The position numbers and the translations under genes are program-made. From NCBI GenBank assembly GCA_963663475.2, contig CAXXJV010000001.1, positions 1,664,001 through 1,728,000 on the forward strand: 64,000 nucleotides of DNA. The letters are read 5' to 3'. Shown here piece after piece: positions 27,902 through 37,282 of the stretch. The stretch is from Candidatus Cloacimonadales bacterium. GTDB taxonomy: Bacteria; Cloacimonadota; Cloacimonadia; Cloacimonadales; JAFGVF01. Within the stretch, counting starts at the first letter, position 1. The number at the start of each line of letters is the position of its first letter. Below the pieces are notes generated by a model. The model was not told where the DNA came from and did no database searches. It saw nothing but the letters and a program-made list of their open reading frames with translations.

Positions 27902-30544
27902 ATGAAAATTACCTTATTGATGATGTTATTTTTACTTACAGTTGTTTCCCTCTTGGGAGTTAATAGTGCTTTATATTTTGATGGACAAGATGATTATTTA
28001 CAAGTAAATTCAATTAGCACTAGCTTATTTCAACAGAATTCATATACAATTGAATGTTGGTTTAGAGGAGATGATATTACCACTTCTACTGGTAATCAAA
28101 TCTTATGGGGAATTAATGGCCCTGTTACCAATCCAAATACTAATATCTTGATGATAGCAGTTCACGGAAATGTTATCAAAATTTATGATGGGAACAATGT
28201 TAATTCTTATACTGGAACTTTGGTTATTCAACCTTCTGTATGGTATCATATTGCACTTGTGAAGTTTACTGATGATAGTTTCTCTTTATATCTCAATGGA
28301 CTTGAAGAGTTATCTGGTTCCCTAGACACTCCGATTGCTAGCAATAGTACTTTTTCCTTAGGCCAAGAATGGGATGCTAATCCTAGTGATTTCTTTCAAG
28401 GACAAATTGATGAATTTAGAGTATGGAGTAAGGTACTAGACCAAAATGAATTAAGACGAAAATCCTACCTTGAGCTAGATGAAGAAGAAACAGATTTAAT
28501 AGCATATTACAACTTTAATAATTCACTTACTGATCAATCTGGAAATTCACACAATGGAACATTTATCGGAGGATCTAATCAATTTCTTCCATCTTCAGCA
28601 ATATTAGGGGCTCAATCTTGTTTAGCTTTTCACGGTAATACTGGTGATACACGAGTAAATTGTGGAAATATAATTGATCCAAGTACTTTATCTTCTTTCA
28701 CAGTAGAATGTTGGGTAGAACCAGAAATTTCTAGTACAAATCATCACAGAAGATTGATAACCCAAGGTCCTTTAACATGGTTAGGTATAAATTCTAACAG
28801 AAATGTATATACAAATTTTCCTGATAATAGCTCGATTATGATAAGTGCAACTGAACTAACTTATGGCATTTGGAATCATCTTGCTTTAGTTTGGGATGGA
28901 GCAAATATTTCTTTATATATTAATGGTATTAAAGATGAGATAACTCAGTCGGCAAACTCACTTAGTTCTAATAATGCAGATGTTTACTTAGGTTATGAAG
29001 TAGATTGTCCTGAAAATCACTACTGGGGCTTAATGGATGAATTAAGGATTTGGAGCATAGGTAAGTCAGAAAGTCAAATTAGAGAAAACATGTGTAGAAA
29101 TATTTCTGGTAGTGAAGCTAACTTACTTGCTTATTATAACTTTAACAATACTTCTGGTTTAGTTGTGCAAGATTTATCTGGCAATTCACATGATGGTGCT
29201 ATGACAGGAAACTATTCTTGGTTGCCTTCTTCAGCTTTTAATATGTGGTTAGATTCTAGTGATAATATTTGGACAGAAGAATCTAATTGGTCAGATGGTA
29301 TTCCAGACGAGAATGCTAATGTTGGAATTTATAATTGGATTGATGAACTTGAATTACCAAATCCACAAAGCTATAATAATTTCTATATTGGAAATGGCGT
29401 TACTATTTCCCTAGTATCTTCGATAGATATTACAAGTTCATTAATAATTGAGGGAAATTTAAACTTAAATACCAATACTATTAATCTCCACGAAAATGCC
29501 GAATTAATTGATGAAAACGGAATCTTATCTGCTAATAGTGGAACTATAGAAACTACTATGGAACTTAATAATGTTAATCATGAAATAGCTGGGTTGGGTA
29601 TTACAATTTCAGAATCAAGCAATCTAGGTAATACTAGAGTAATTAGAGGACATAGAGCTTTAGGAAGTCAAGCAATTAAAAGATATTATCAAATTACATC
29701 TCAAAATCAACCAACTAATGCAAGTCTTGTTTTTAGTTATTTAGATTCAGAACTAAACGGACATGAAGAAAGTCAGCTTAAATTATTTAAGTCAGAAGAT
29801 GGAGTTAATTGGATAGAACAAAACTCTTCAATTGATACAGAAAATAATACTTTAACTTTAACAGGCATAACTAGTTTTTCTTATTGGACAGCTGCACCAA
29901 CAGGTTCAGATCAAACACTACCAGTAACTTTATCATCATTTACAGCAGTTTATGAAGAAGAACAAGCAATAATTAAATGGATTACTCAATCTGAAAACAA
30001 TAACCTTGGTTGGAATATCTATAGGGGTGAGACAAGTGATCAAACTCAAGCTCTTAGACTTAATAATATGTATATTCCTGCTTCTGGCTCTACTACTGAA
30101 CCAACAAATTATACTTATCAAGATGATTTCCCTGTAACCGATGGGAATGAATACTTCTACTGGCTAGAAGCAATAAGTTTAAATAATGAATCAACTTATC
30201 ACGGTCCTATTAATTTAATTATCTCCCAAGAAGAATTTGAAGAATCTTCTCCAGAAATACCTCATAAATATGGACTTCTACCTAATTATCCAAATCCTTT
30301 TAATCCAAGTACTACCATAGAATTTGCTATGAAGAAAGAAGGAAACTATAAGCTGACTGTTTATGATATCAAAGGTAGAAAAGTTAAGGATATTTTCTCT
30401 GATTACATCCAAGCAGATAAATTATATAGACTTGTTTGGGATGGCAAAGATTACCAAGGTAAAAACGCTGCATCAGGAATTTACTTTTATCGCTTGTCTG
30501 GGAATGGTCTAGTTATAAATCGGAAAATGATATTAGTGAAGTAG
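27902..30544 (+). CDS. Secreted protein with two LamG/ConA-like domains and FlgD/T9SS-like CTD
   Basis: Signal peptide; two TIECW...WYHIALV...GQIDEFRVW repeats; LPVTLSSFTA domain; NYPNPFNP...KMILVK. Confidence 0.9.
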   Translation: MKITLLMMLFLLTVVSLLGVNSALYFDGQDDYLQVNSISTSLFQQNSYTIECWFRGDDITTSTGNQILWGINGPVTNPNTNILMIAVHGNVIKIYDGNNVNSYTGTLVIQPSVWYHIALVKFTDDSFSLYLNGLEELSGSLDTPIASNSTFSLGQEWDANPSDFFQGQIDEFRVWSKVLDQNELRRKSYLELDEEETDLIAYYNFNNSLTDQSGNSHNGTFIGGSNQFLPSSAILGAQSCLAFHGNTGDTRVNCGNIIDPSTLSSFTVECWVEPEISSTNHHRRLITQGPLTWLGINSNRNVYTNFPDNSSIMISATELTYGIWNHLALVWDGANISLYINGIKDEITQSANSLSSNNADVYLGYEVDCPENHYWGLMDELRIWSIGKSESQIRENMCRNISGSEANLLAYYNFNNTSGLVVQDLSGNSHDGAMTGNYSWLPSSAFNMWLDSSDNIWTEESNWSDGIPDENANVGIYNWIDELELPNPQSYNNFYIGNGVTISLVSSIDITSSLIIEGNLNLNTNTINLHENAELIDENGILSANSGTIETTMELNNVNHEIAGLGITISESSNLGNTRVIRGHRALGSQAIKRYYQITSQNQPTNASLVFSYLDSELNGHEESQLKLFKSEDGVNWIEQNSSIDTENNTLTLTGITSFSYWTAAPTGSDQTLPVTLSSFTAVYEEEQAIIKWITQSENNNLGWNIYRGETSDQTQALRLNNMYIPASGSTTEPTNYTYQDDFPVTDGNEYFYWLEAISLNNESTYHGPINLIISQEEFEESSPEIPHKYGLLPNYPNPFNPSTTIEFAMKKEGNYKLTVYDIKGRKVKDIFSDYIQADKLYRLVWDGKDYQGKNAASGIYFYRLSGNGLVINRKMILVK

Positions 30545-30577
30545 GTTACACTCTTTCTCATCCTACTTGTAGAAAGC

Positions 30578-30601
30578 AATCCCCCTCATCTGAGGGGGAT
30601 T
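30578..30601 (+). terminator. Hairpin, probable terminator
   Basis: AATCCCCCTCA-TC-TGAGGGGGATT. Confidence 0.6.
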
Positions 30602-30664
30602 AGATTTTGGGCAATAAAAGTAACTTAATTTTTAGCTAATTCCAGTCTGGTGGCAGAAAACTAT

Positions 30665-30829
30665 TAAAACCGAATAATTTAGTAGTTCTATGTGAAAAGC
30701 ACTGTATTATTCTGCAAAAGTAACTTTCATAATTCTTCCGAATATATTATATGCGTTAAAATTCAGTAAGCTATTTTGCTAGAATAATCTGTAATCTTCA
30801 CTAAAAAACCTACTGAAACATTCTGGATA
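30665..30829. mobile_element. ERIC-like palindromic MITE, copy 3 (165 bp)
   Basis: Shares TGCAAAAGTAAC...AATATATTATATGC...GCTATTTTGCTAGAATAATCTG core and TA ends with copies 1 and 2. Confidence 0.8.
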
Positions 30830-30899
30830 AATAACATATTCTTTGGTTGACAGCAAATATTAGTGAGATTTTTTTTGATAAAAAACTTATGGAGATGTA

Positions 30900-31892
30900 A
30901 TGTCTGTTCCTTTAATAAATGTTTGGCGTGGTACTATAGTAGAGAGTATCCATAGGGGAGACCTAGTAGTTGTTGATGCTGATGATAAGATTATCTATTC
31001 TCTGGGAAATCCTCAAAAGATAACATATTTCCGATCTTCTGCAAAAGCAATTCAAGCACTTAATGTTGTAAAATCAGGTGCTTATGATAAATATAAGTTA
31101 ACAGAAAGGGAATTATCTCTTATCTGTTCTTCTCATTATGCAGAAGAATTTCATCTTCAAACTGTTCAGTCCATTTTAGATAAAATTGGACTACACAAAA
31201 ATAATATTCTAGGTGGTATTGTAGCTTCTCTGAATCCCGAAATAGCTCTAAGACAAGCTGCTTCTGGCCATATAATTGATGAGAGATATAGTGATTGTTC
31301 AGGAAAACAAGCTGGTATGTTGGCTGTATGTCAAACAAAAGGCTACAGTCTTAATAACTATCTGGATCCAAATCATCCATGTCAACAAGAGATATTAGAA
31401 GATATCTCAACTTTCTGTCAAATAGCTAAAGAAGAAATTATCATAGGTATAGATGGTTGTTCTGCTCCTGTACATGCTCTTCCCCTAATTAACATGGCCA
31501 TAGGCTTTAGAAATCTAAGTAATCCTGAAAAATTAGCTTGTGAAGACAAAGCAGCTGCAAACTTAGTTTATAAGAGTATGGTTACTTATCCAGAAATGAT
31601 ATCAGGAACTGCTGGTTTTTGTAGTCAGCTAATAAAATACTCAAATGGAAAGTTGATAGGTAAGGTTGGAGCTGAGGGGGTTTATACTATTGGTATTAAA
31701 GAAAGAAATATTGGCATTGCCTTGAAAATAGAATCAGGTTCTATGACAGTTATCCCTCCTGTTATAATGAGAACTTTAAGAGAATTAGATATTCTTAGTA
31801 AACAAGAATTAGATGATTTACAAAAGTATATGGAAATGGATTCACTCAATGATAATGGCAGACTTGTAGGTAAGATTGTCACAGCTTATTGA
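30900..31892 (+). CDS. L-asparaginase II (Rhizobium-type, class 3)
   Basis: ESIHRG, RSSAK, SSH, DCSGK, DGCSAP, KVGAEG motifs. Confidence 0.9.
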   Translation: MSVPLINVWRGTIVESIHRGDLVVVDADDKIIYSLGNPQKITYFRSSAKAIQALNVVKSGAYDKYKLTERELSLICSSHYAEEFHLQTVQSILDKIGLHKNNILGGIVASLNPEIALRQAASGHIIDERYSDCSGKQAGMLAVCQTKGYSLNNYLDPNHPCQQEILEDISTFCQIAKEEIIIGIDGCSAPVHALPLINMAIGFRNLSNPEKLACEDKAAANLVYKSMVTYPEMISGTAGFCSQLIKYSNGKLIGKVGAEGVYTIGIKERNIGIALKIESGSMTVIPPVIMRTLRELDILSKQELDDLQKYMEMDSLNDNGRLVGKIVTAY

Positions 31893-31907
31893 AGAAAAGT
31901 ACAAGTT

Positions 31908-34160
31908 TTATCGACAATAATCATATAATTTATACTTAGCAATTTTTCTAGCTATAGAATTAGCAGTTAATCCCAGTAACTTAGCTGCTTGTAATTGGAC
32001 TCCATTAGTTTGGATAAGAGCATCTTTAACAGTATCTTTGATAACTTGATCTAGGTTAAGAGTATCTTTTTGATATTGCTTGCAATTATTTTGCAGATTC
32101 AAATAATTATCTAAGACAAGTTGCAAATCTTCATTATTAGCTAGGGAAATTGCTATTCTTTGAGTTATATTTTTTAACTCGCGAATATTGCCTGGGAAAG
32201 AATAAGTCATTAAAATCTCTAAGTGCTTAGGAGTAAGAGTCTGAACTGGTATATTAAGCTTCTGACAATAATCAGCTAAGAAATAATTTGCTAAATCTTT
32301 AATATCGCTTTTCCTATCTCTTAGGGCAGGGAGTTTTATTTCATAGTTACATAACCTGTAAAACAAATCAATCCGAAACTTATTCTCCTTGGTAAGTTGC
32401 AAGAGATCTTTATTAGTTGCAGAGATTATTCTAAAGTCTGATTTGACAGCTTGAGTAGATCCCAAAGGGTAAAATTCTTTATCTTCTAGAACTTTTAAAA
32501 GTTTTGTTTGTATATCTAAAGAAATCTCAGATATTTCATCTAAGAAAAGGCTACCTTTATCGACAATGTTGAGAATACCCAGTTTGTCTTTATCAGCCCC
32601 TGTAAAAGCTCCTTTCTTATAACCAAAAAGCTCACTCTCAATAAGTGTAGGACTAATAGCTGACAGATTGAACTCACAGAAATTTTGCTTACTTCTATTA
32701 CTCTTATAGTGAATATATTTAGCAAGTAATTCTTTTCCTGTTCCTGTTTCACCTGTAATTAATACATTACTAAAAGTAGCATTAGCTACATTTTGTGACT
32801 CTTTCTTTATTCTCTTAATCTCTGTCGATCTACCAATTATTGATTTCTCAATTTTTTCTGAAATTGCTTCGGATGATAAGACTTTTTTTATTGCCTCTTC
32901 TTGATTAATTTCTTCATAAGAATGGAGTAAATTGTGATAATAATCCATTTCTAAGATGTTTTTATGAAGCTCTAGCTCTTTAGCTACCTTACGATACTTA
33001 CTTAAGTAAGCTAGAATTTTTTCTCCCTCATTAAGTTTAGAATAGTATTCTATCATGAAGAAGAGGTATTCTTTGTAAAAGTCTCTTTTCTCAGAAATTA
33101 CCTCTTGCATTAAATCTTCAATCTTCTTAATATCGATTTTTTCTACTTGATTAGATGATAGATAATAAGAGTAGAGGAAAAGAAGTGGTATTCTCGCTCG
33201 TGAATCTGCTTTGAGCTGGGTGAAATAAGCTTGGGCATAATCAGTTTTTTCATTCATTACTGCTATTAAAAAGCTTTCAGAAATAATCCGCTCAAGTACC
33301 TTCTCATCCTGACTGATAGATTTAATTTCATCTAAAATTGCTATAGCTTGTGTAAAGAGTTTTGATTGACTTAGCATTCTAGCTTTCATGAATTTAAGGT
33401 GAGTTTTATCAAGAGGAGAGTCTGCACATAAAGCTATTTCCAAATGCTTAAGGGCTAAATCCATCATAGATTTTGAAGCATATGCAATACTTAGAGTGTG
33501 ATTAGCTCGGTAGTAGAGTACTTTTTCTTTGCGAATATGTTCATCACTTATAATCTTTTTAAAATAATAAATTGCCTCATAGAAATTACCTGTTCTAAAC
33601 TTATAATGTCCTAAGGCTAAAAAATAATATGCTTTTGCATATTCTGAATTATCTATTGCTATATAATCAGTAAAACGTTTATAGATTTGTTCTGCTTTAT
33701 CCAGTTTGTTATTGCTAGAATAATGAATTAATAACTGACTATAGGCTGATGCTGTGATTTTAATCGGCATATAGGTATCAATTAAAGACAAAATTCTTTC
33801 AATTAAGGAGTCGGTTTGCTCACTAAAATAATAAACTGATTGTACCATATAAGCTAGAGTAATTTCCACAATCTTACCACTTTTGGTAAGAGCTATACCT
33901 ACATTAACAATTGTATCTAAAAGCCTGTCTGAAGGGGGAATTGTAGTAATTAAAGCTTCTGTCAAACATGCTTCCATGAAGTAGTACTGAGAGTCTTTGT
34001 TTGGCTGATAATTATGCTCTAATATAGTAAAGAAACTATCATATATTTGATAGCAAATCTCAACAATTTTTTCTCGAGATTGTCCATTCTTGCTAGCAAT
34101 TAATAAATTCTCATATAACTTATACAACTTATAACTTAACTCAGTTTTTCTAATTTTCAT
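31908..34160 (-). CDS. sigma54-dependent activator (bEBP) with N-terminal TPR-like helical region and Fis HTH
   Basis: LALGHYKFRTGNFYEAIYYF TPR; GETGTGKE, ESELFG, GAFTGA, LFLDEI, FPGNIREL, AAKLLGL. Confidence 0.92.
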   Translation of the reverse strand: MKIRKTELSYKLYKLYENLLIASKNGQSREKIVEICYQIYDSFFTILEHNYQPNKDSQYYFMEACLTEALITTIPPSDRLLDTIVNVGIALTKSGKIVEITLAYMVQSVYYFSEQTDSLIERILSLIDTYMPIKITASAYSQLLIHYSSNNKLDKAEQIYKRFTDYIAIDNSEYAKAYYFLALGHYKFRTGNFYEAIYYFKKIISDEHIRKEKVLYYRANHTLSIAYASKSMMDLALKHLEIALCADSPLDKTHLKFMKARMLSQSKLFTQAIAILDEIKSISQDEKVLERIISESFLIAVMNEKTDYAQAYFTQLKADSRARIPLLFLYSYYLSSNQVEKIDIKKIEDLMQEVISEKRDFYKEYLFFMIEYYSKLNEGEKILAYLSKYRKVAKELELHKNILEMDYYHNLLHSYEEINQEEAIKKVLSSEAISEKIEKSIIGRSTEIKRIKKESQNVANATFSNVLITGETGTGKELLAKYIHYKSNRSKQNFCEFNLSAISPTLIESELFGYKKGAFTGADKDKLGILNIVDKGSLFLDEISEISLDIQTKLLKVLEDKEFYPLGSTQAVKSDFRIISATNKDLLQLTKENKFRIDLFYRLCNYEIKLPALRDRKSDIKDLANYFLADYCQKLNIPVQTLTPKHLEILMTYSFPGNIRELKNITQRIAISLANNEDLQLVLDNYLNLQNNCKQYQKDTLNLDQVIKDTVKDALIQTNGVQLQAAKLLGLTANSIARKIAKYKLYDYCR

Positions 34161-34241
34161 GTAAACTCCCCAAAGAATTATATAGCAAAAATAGATTTAC
34201 TTATTGGAGATAATAAGTCAAGCTATTTATTTTTTTCTTTT

Positions 34242-34278
34242 TACCGAAAACGGGAAATAGCCTATGGCGATTTCGGGA
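34242..34278. promoter_or_regulatory. Paired GC-rich dyads, candidate UAS
   Basis: TACCGAAAACGGGA and TGGCGATTTCGGGA, 23 bp apart, 90-125 bp upstream of the sigma54 site in an AT-rich spacer. Confidence 0.55.
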
Positions 34279-34364
34279 TATAGGTATGCTAGCTTAATAT
34301 GATTATTCCAATTATAATAAATTAAACTACTGTAAAATAGTTACTTATATCATTAGCTTATTTT

Positions 34365-34380
34365 GGGAATATTATCTGCT
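34365..34380 (+). promoter_or_regulatory. sigma54 -24/-12 promoter
   Basis: G-GG-AATATTATCT-GC-T (GG-N10-GC), preceded by AGCTTA and a T-tract as at 27568. Confidence 0.65.
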
Positions 34381-34392
34381 TATTAAATATTT

Positions 34393-34596
34393 ATGAAAAA
34401 GAATAAAAATAATTTGCTACTTATTAAAGAGAGTTTGCTACAAGCTCAAAAAGTTGGGAATCCAACCTTCAATGGAAAGAAATGGGCTATAACTATTCTT
34501 AACATCAAGGGTGAGATTAATAACTTTACTTTTAACCAAGATGACTATTGGCAAGTCAAGCAACTTATTCAAAATTATAATAAACAAAGGAGATAG
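34393..34596 (+). CDS. Small (67 aa) protein, first gene of putative sigma54 operon
   Basis: ATG 13 nt after the -12 GC with no RBS; stop 1 nt before ATG 34598. Confidence 0.6.
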   Translation: MKKNKNNLLLIKESLLQAQKVGNPTFNGKKWAITILNIKGEINNFTFNQDDYWQVKQLIQNYNKQRR

Positions 34597-34597
34597 T

Positions 34598-37069
34598 ATG
34601 TTTAAAAAGAGTCTTTTAATTTTTTGCTTATTAACAAGTATAAGCTTTCTAATCGCAAGCACATATTACGTGTCAAAAACTGGTGATAATAGCAATGGCT
34701 TAACTTGGTCAACAGCTTATAATGAGGTGCAAACAGCCATAAATTCTGCTTCTAGCGGTGACCAAGTCTGGGTAGCAAAAGGAAAATATTTTCCTACAGA
34801 CTACAATCCAAAGGGTGTTGGCACAGCTGTTTTGAACAGAACCAAGACCTTTGTGATTAAGAATGGTATTGATGTTTATGGAGGCTTTGCTGGCAATGAA
34901 ACACAAATTGATCAAAGAGTCAACTACTGGATTGGACAGGCTAATGAGACTATTCTTTCAGGAGATTTAAATAATGATGATGATTATTCTCAATGGGAAA
35001 GCTATAATCAAAACCTAATTAAGAATACTGAAAACTCCTATAATGTGATTTATTATTATAATGTATATACCCAGACTATTGTAGATGGTTTCACTATTTC
35101 TGGAGGTAATGCTGATACGAAAGTTTCTGGTAAACCTTATCATGATGGAGGTGGAGCACATTTAACTTCTTCCCAAGCTTATTTGAAAAACTGCAGAATT
35201 ATCTATAATCAAGCAGTCAATGCTGCAGGTGCAATTACTTTTTCTGGTGGAGAGCTCTGGGATTGTGTAATCTCACGTAATAGAACTGTAGCCCAAAATA
35301 CTGATGCTGGAGATGCTGGAGGTGTTAAGTTACATAATGGTGGTAAATTAATAAATTCAATAATAACTGATAATTATTCAGTTGAAAGCTCTGCTAGAGG
35401 TGGTGGTGTATGTTGTTCTTGGAGATCTCCAGGTCATGCAATAATCAACTGTGTTATCGCAAATAATAAAACAGCTGGAACTGGTGGTGGAATTGGTAAC
35501 TATGGAACTTATTCCTCTTATACAAAAGCTTATAATACAATCATCTGGGGCAATACAAGGAACGGCATTTCTAGTCAAATTGGTGGCACAGGAACTTCTT
35601 TATATTATTGTGGTGTCCAAGGTGGTTATTCTGGAACAGGAAACTATAATTTAAGTTCTGATAATGATGCTGTAACTGGTCCAAATTTTTATAACTCAGA
35701 TGCTGGTGATTGGCGTTTAAGAATTACTTCACCCTTACTTAATATTGGCTCAAATGCTTATACAAGTAGTCCAGTAAGCATATCAACTGATATTCTCGGA
35801 AATCCTCGTATAATTGAATCAATTGTAGATATGGGGCCATATGAGCATTTTTATCAAGTAGCTCTTCAACCTGATGCAAATGGTATCATATATGTAAAGA
35901 GCTCGGCTGCAGGTTCTGCTGATGGATCTTCTTGGGAGAATGCTACATCTTCACTACAAGGAGCTTTGGATTCTGATGCTGAACAAGTTTGGATTTCAGA
36001 AGGGACTTATTATCCTACGCAAAATATCCCTGGTATGGAATCTGATCTACGAGCTCAAGCTTTTATACTTGAGTCTGATAAACAGATATATGGAGGTTTT
36101 CCTGCTGAAGCTAATTCAATAGATAATTCTACCTTAGATTCACGTAATAGTGATGAATATCTAGTCTATTTAACAGGAGACATAGGACAACCTGGTATCA
36201 ATGATGATAATTCTTATCATGTGCTGTACTCGCAAAATATATCATCATTTACTATCTTAGATGGATTTTTCATTAGTGGAGGAAACGCAGATGGTCTTAG
36301 TCCTCATGATCAAGGTGGAGCAATTTATTTAGTAGATTCTTCTCCAACAATAAATGATGTTAATTTAGAAAACAATCAATCAGAATCTGCTAGTGAACCT
36401 ATATTATTAGAAGGTGCTTCTAATCCAATAGTTACTGATAGTCCAGGTATGGATGATACTTTGCCTGTAGAACTAACTTCTTTCACTGCAGTACTTACCA
36501 ATGCAAATCACTCTAAAATAATGTGGCATACAGCTTCAGAATCTAATTTAATTGGTTATAATATATACAGAAGTGAGCTAGATAATATTAGTACAGCAAT
36601 TAGAATTAATCCTCAATATATAGAGGCTAATAATAGTCCAACCGGATCTGAATATTCTTATACAGATCAGGAAATTGAAATGAATATAAGTTATTATTAT
36701 TGGTTAGAATCTACAGAAGTTAGCGGTTATATCGAATACTTCGGGCCAATATCTCTTAAGATAGGGGAGGGAGAAGATATTATTGATCCTGTAATTACTC
36801 TTACAAATCTTAAAGAAAACTATCCTAACCCATTCAATCCTCAAACTAAATTTGAATTTTATGTTAAAGAAGGTGAAAGTGCTAGCTTTAAAATATTCAA
36901 TCTAAAGGGACAAGTAATCCAGTCGCTTGATAATATCACAAGTGGTAAGGGTGAATATACTTGGGATGGTAGAGATAAATCTGGAAAGCATGTTGCATCT
37001 GGAATTTATTTCTATAGCTTGAAAAGTCAGTCATATAGCTCTGTTAAGAAAATGGTTTTAAGCAAATAG
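34598..37069 (+). CDS. Secreted pectin-lyase-like beta-helix protein (choice-of-anchor-Q-like) with FlgD/T9SS-like CTD
   Basis: Start MFKKSLL behind AAGGAG; two YV......G.SW..A...VW...G.Y.P modules, GGG repeats, DILGNPRI...VDMGPYE, LPVELTSFTA, NYPNPFNP...KMVLSK. Confidence 0.88.
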   Translation: MFKKSLLIFCLLTSISFLIASTYYVSKTGDNSNGLTWSTAYNEVQTAINSASSGDQVWVAKGKYFPTDYNPKGVGTAVLNRTKTFVIKNGIDVYGGFAGNETQIDQRVNYWIGQANETILSGDLNNDDDYSQWESYNQNLIKNTENSYNVIYYYNVYTQTIVDGFTISGGNADTKVSGKPYHDGGGAHLTSSQAYLKNCRIIYNQAVNAAGAITFSGGELWDCVISRNRTVAQNTDAGDAGGVKLHNGGKLINSIITDNYSVESSARGGGVCCSWRSPGHAIINCVIANNKTAGTGGGIGNYGTYSSYTKAYNTIIWGNTRNGISSQIGGTGTSLYYCGVQGGYSGTGNYNLSSDNDAVTGPNFYNSDAGDWRLRITSPLLNIGSNAYTSSPVSISTDILGNPRIIESIVDMGPYEHFYQVALQPDANGIIYVKSSAAGSADGSSWENATSSLQGALDSDAEQVWISEGTYYPTQNIPGMESDLRAQAFILESDKQIYGGFPAEANSIDNSTLDSRNSDEYLVYLTGDIGQPGINDDNSYHVLYSQNISSFTILDGFFISGGNADGLSPHDQGGAIYLVDSSPTINDVNLENNQSESASEPILLEGASNPIVTDSPGMDDTLPVELTSFTAVLTNANHSKIMWHTASESNLIGYNIYRSELDNISTAIRINPQYIEANNSPTGSEYSYTDQEIEMNISYYYWLESTEVSGYIEYFGPISLKIGEGEDIIDPVITLTNLKENYPNPFNPQTKFEFYVKEGESASFKIFNLKGQVIQSLDNITSGKGEYTWDGRDKSGKHVASGIYFYSLKSQSYSSVKKMVLSK

Positions 37070-37165
37070 TATGGCTCTTGTTCAAGTCTGCTGGTAAATG
37101 AGAGACTTTCATTATAGCATATTGCTTAAATAATAGAAAGTTACAAGTAAGATTATATGAAGAGT

Positions 37166-37245
37166 GACGGGAGTTGCTCATGGAGTAGCGACTTCCGACT
37201 CTCTTCACCCGAAGTCCCTTGCCTAGGGCTGAGGAACTCTGGTCT
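37166..37245. repeat. Dispersed repeat, reverse complement of 57853-57935
   Basis: GTAGCGACTTCCGACT...CCGAAGTCCC..GCCTAGGGCTGAGGAAC matches the inverse of the element after the TraB gene. Confidence 0.85.
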
Positions 37246-37282
37246 CCAACAAAAAGCAGGCTCAAGTTCAAGTTTGGTGAAC

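Noticed and set aside
11645-30829. Long palindromes as integron attC sites
   Set aside because: Only one copy ends in GTTRRRY, one interrupts a gene, they do not delimit cassettes, and the integrase relic shows no IntI features.
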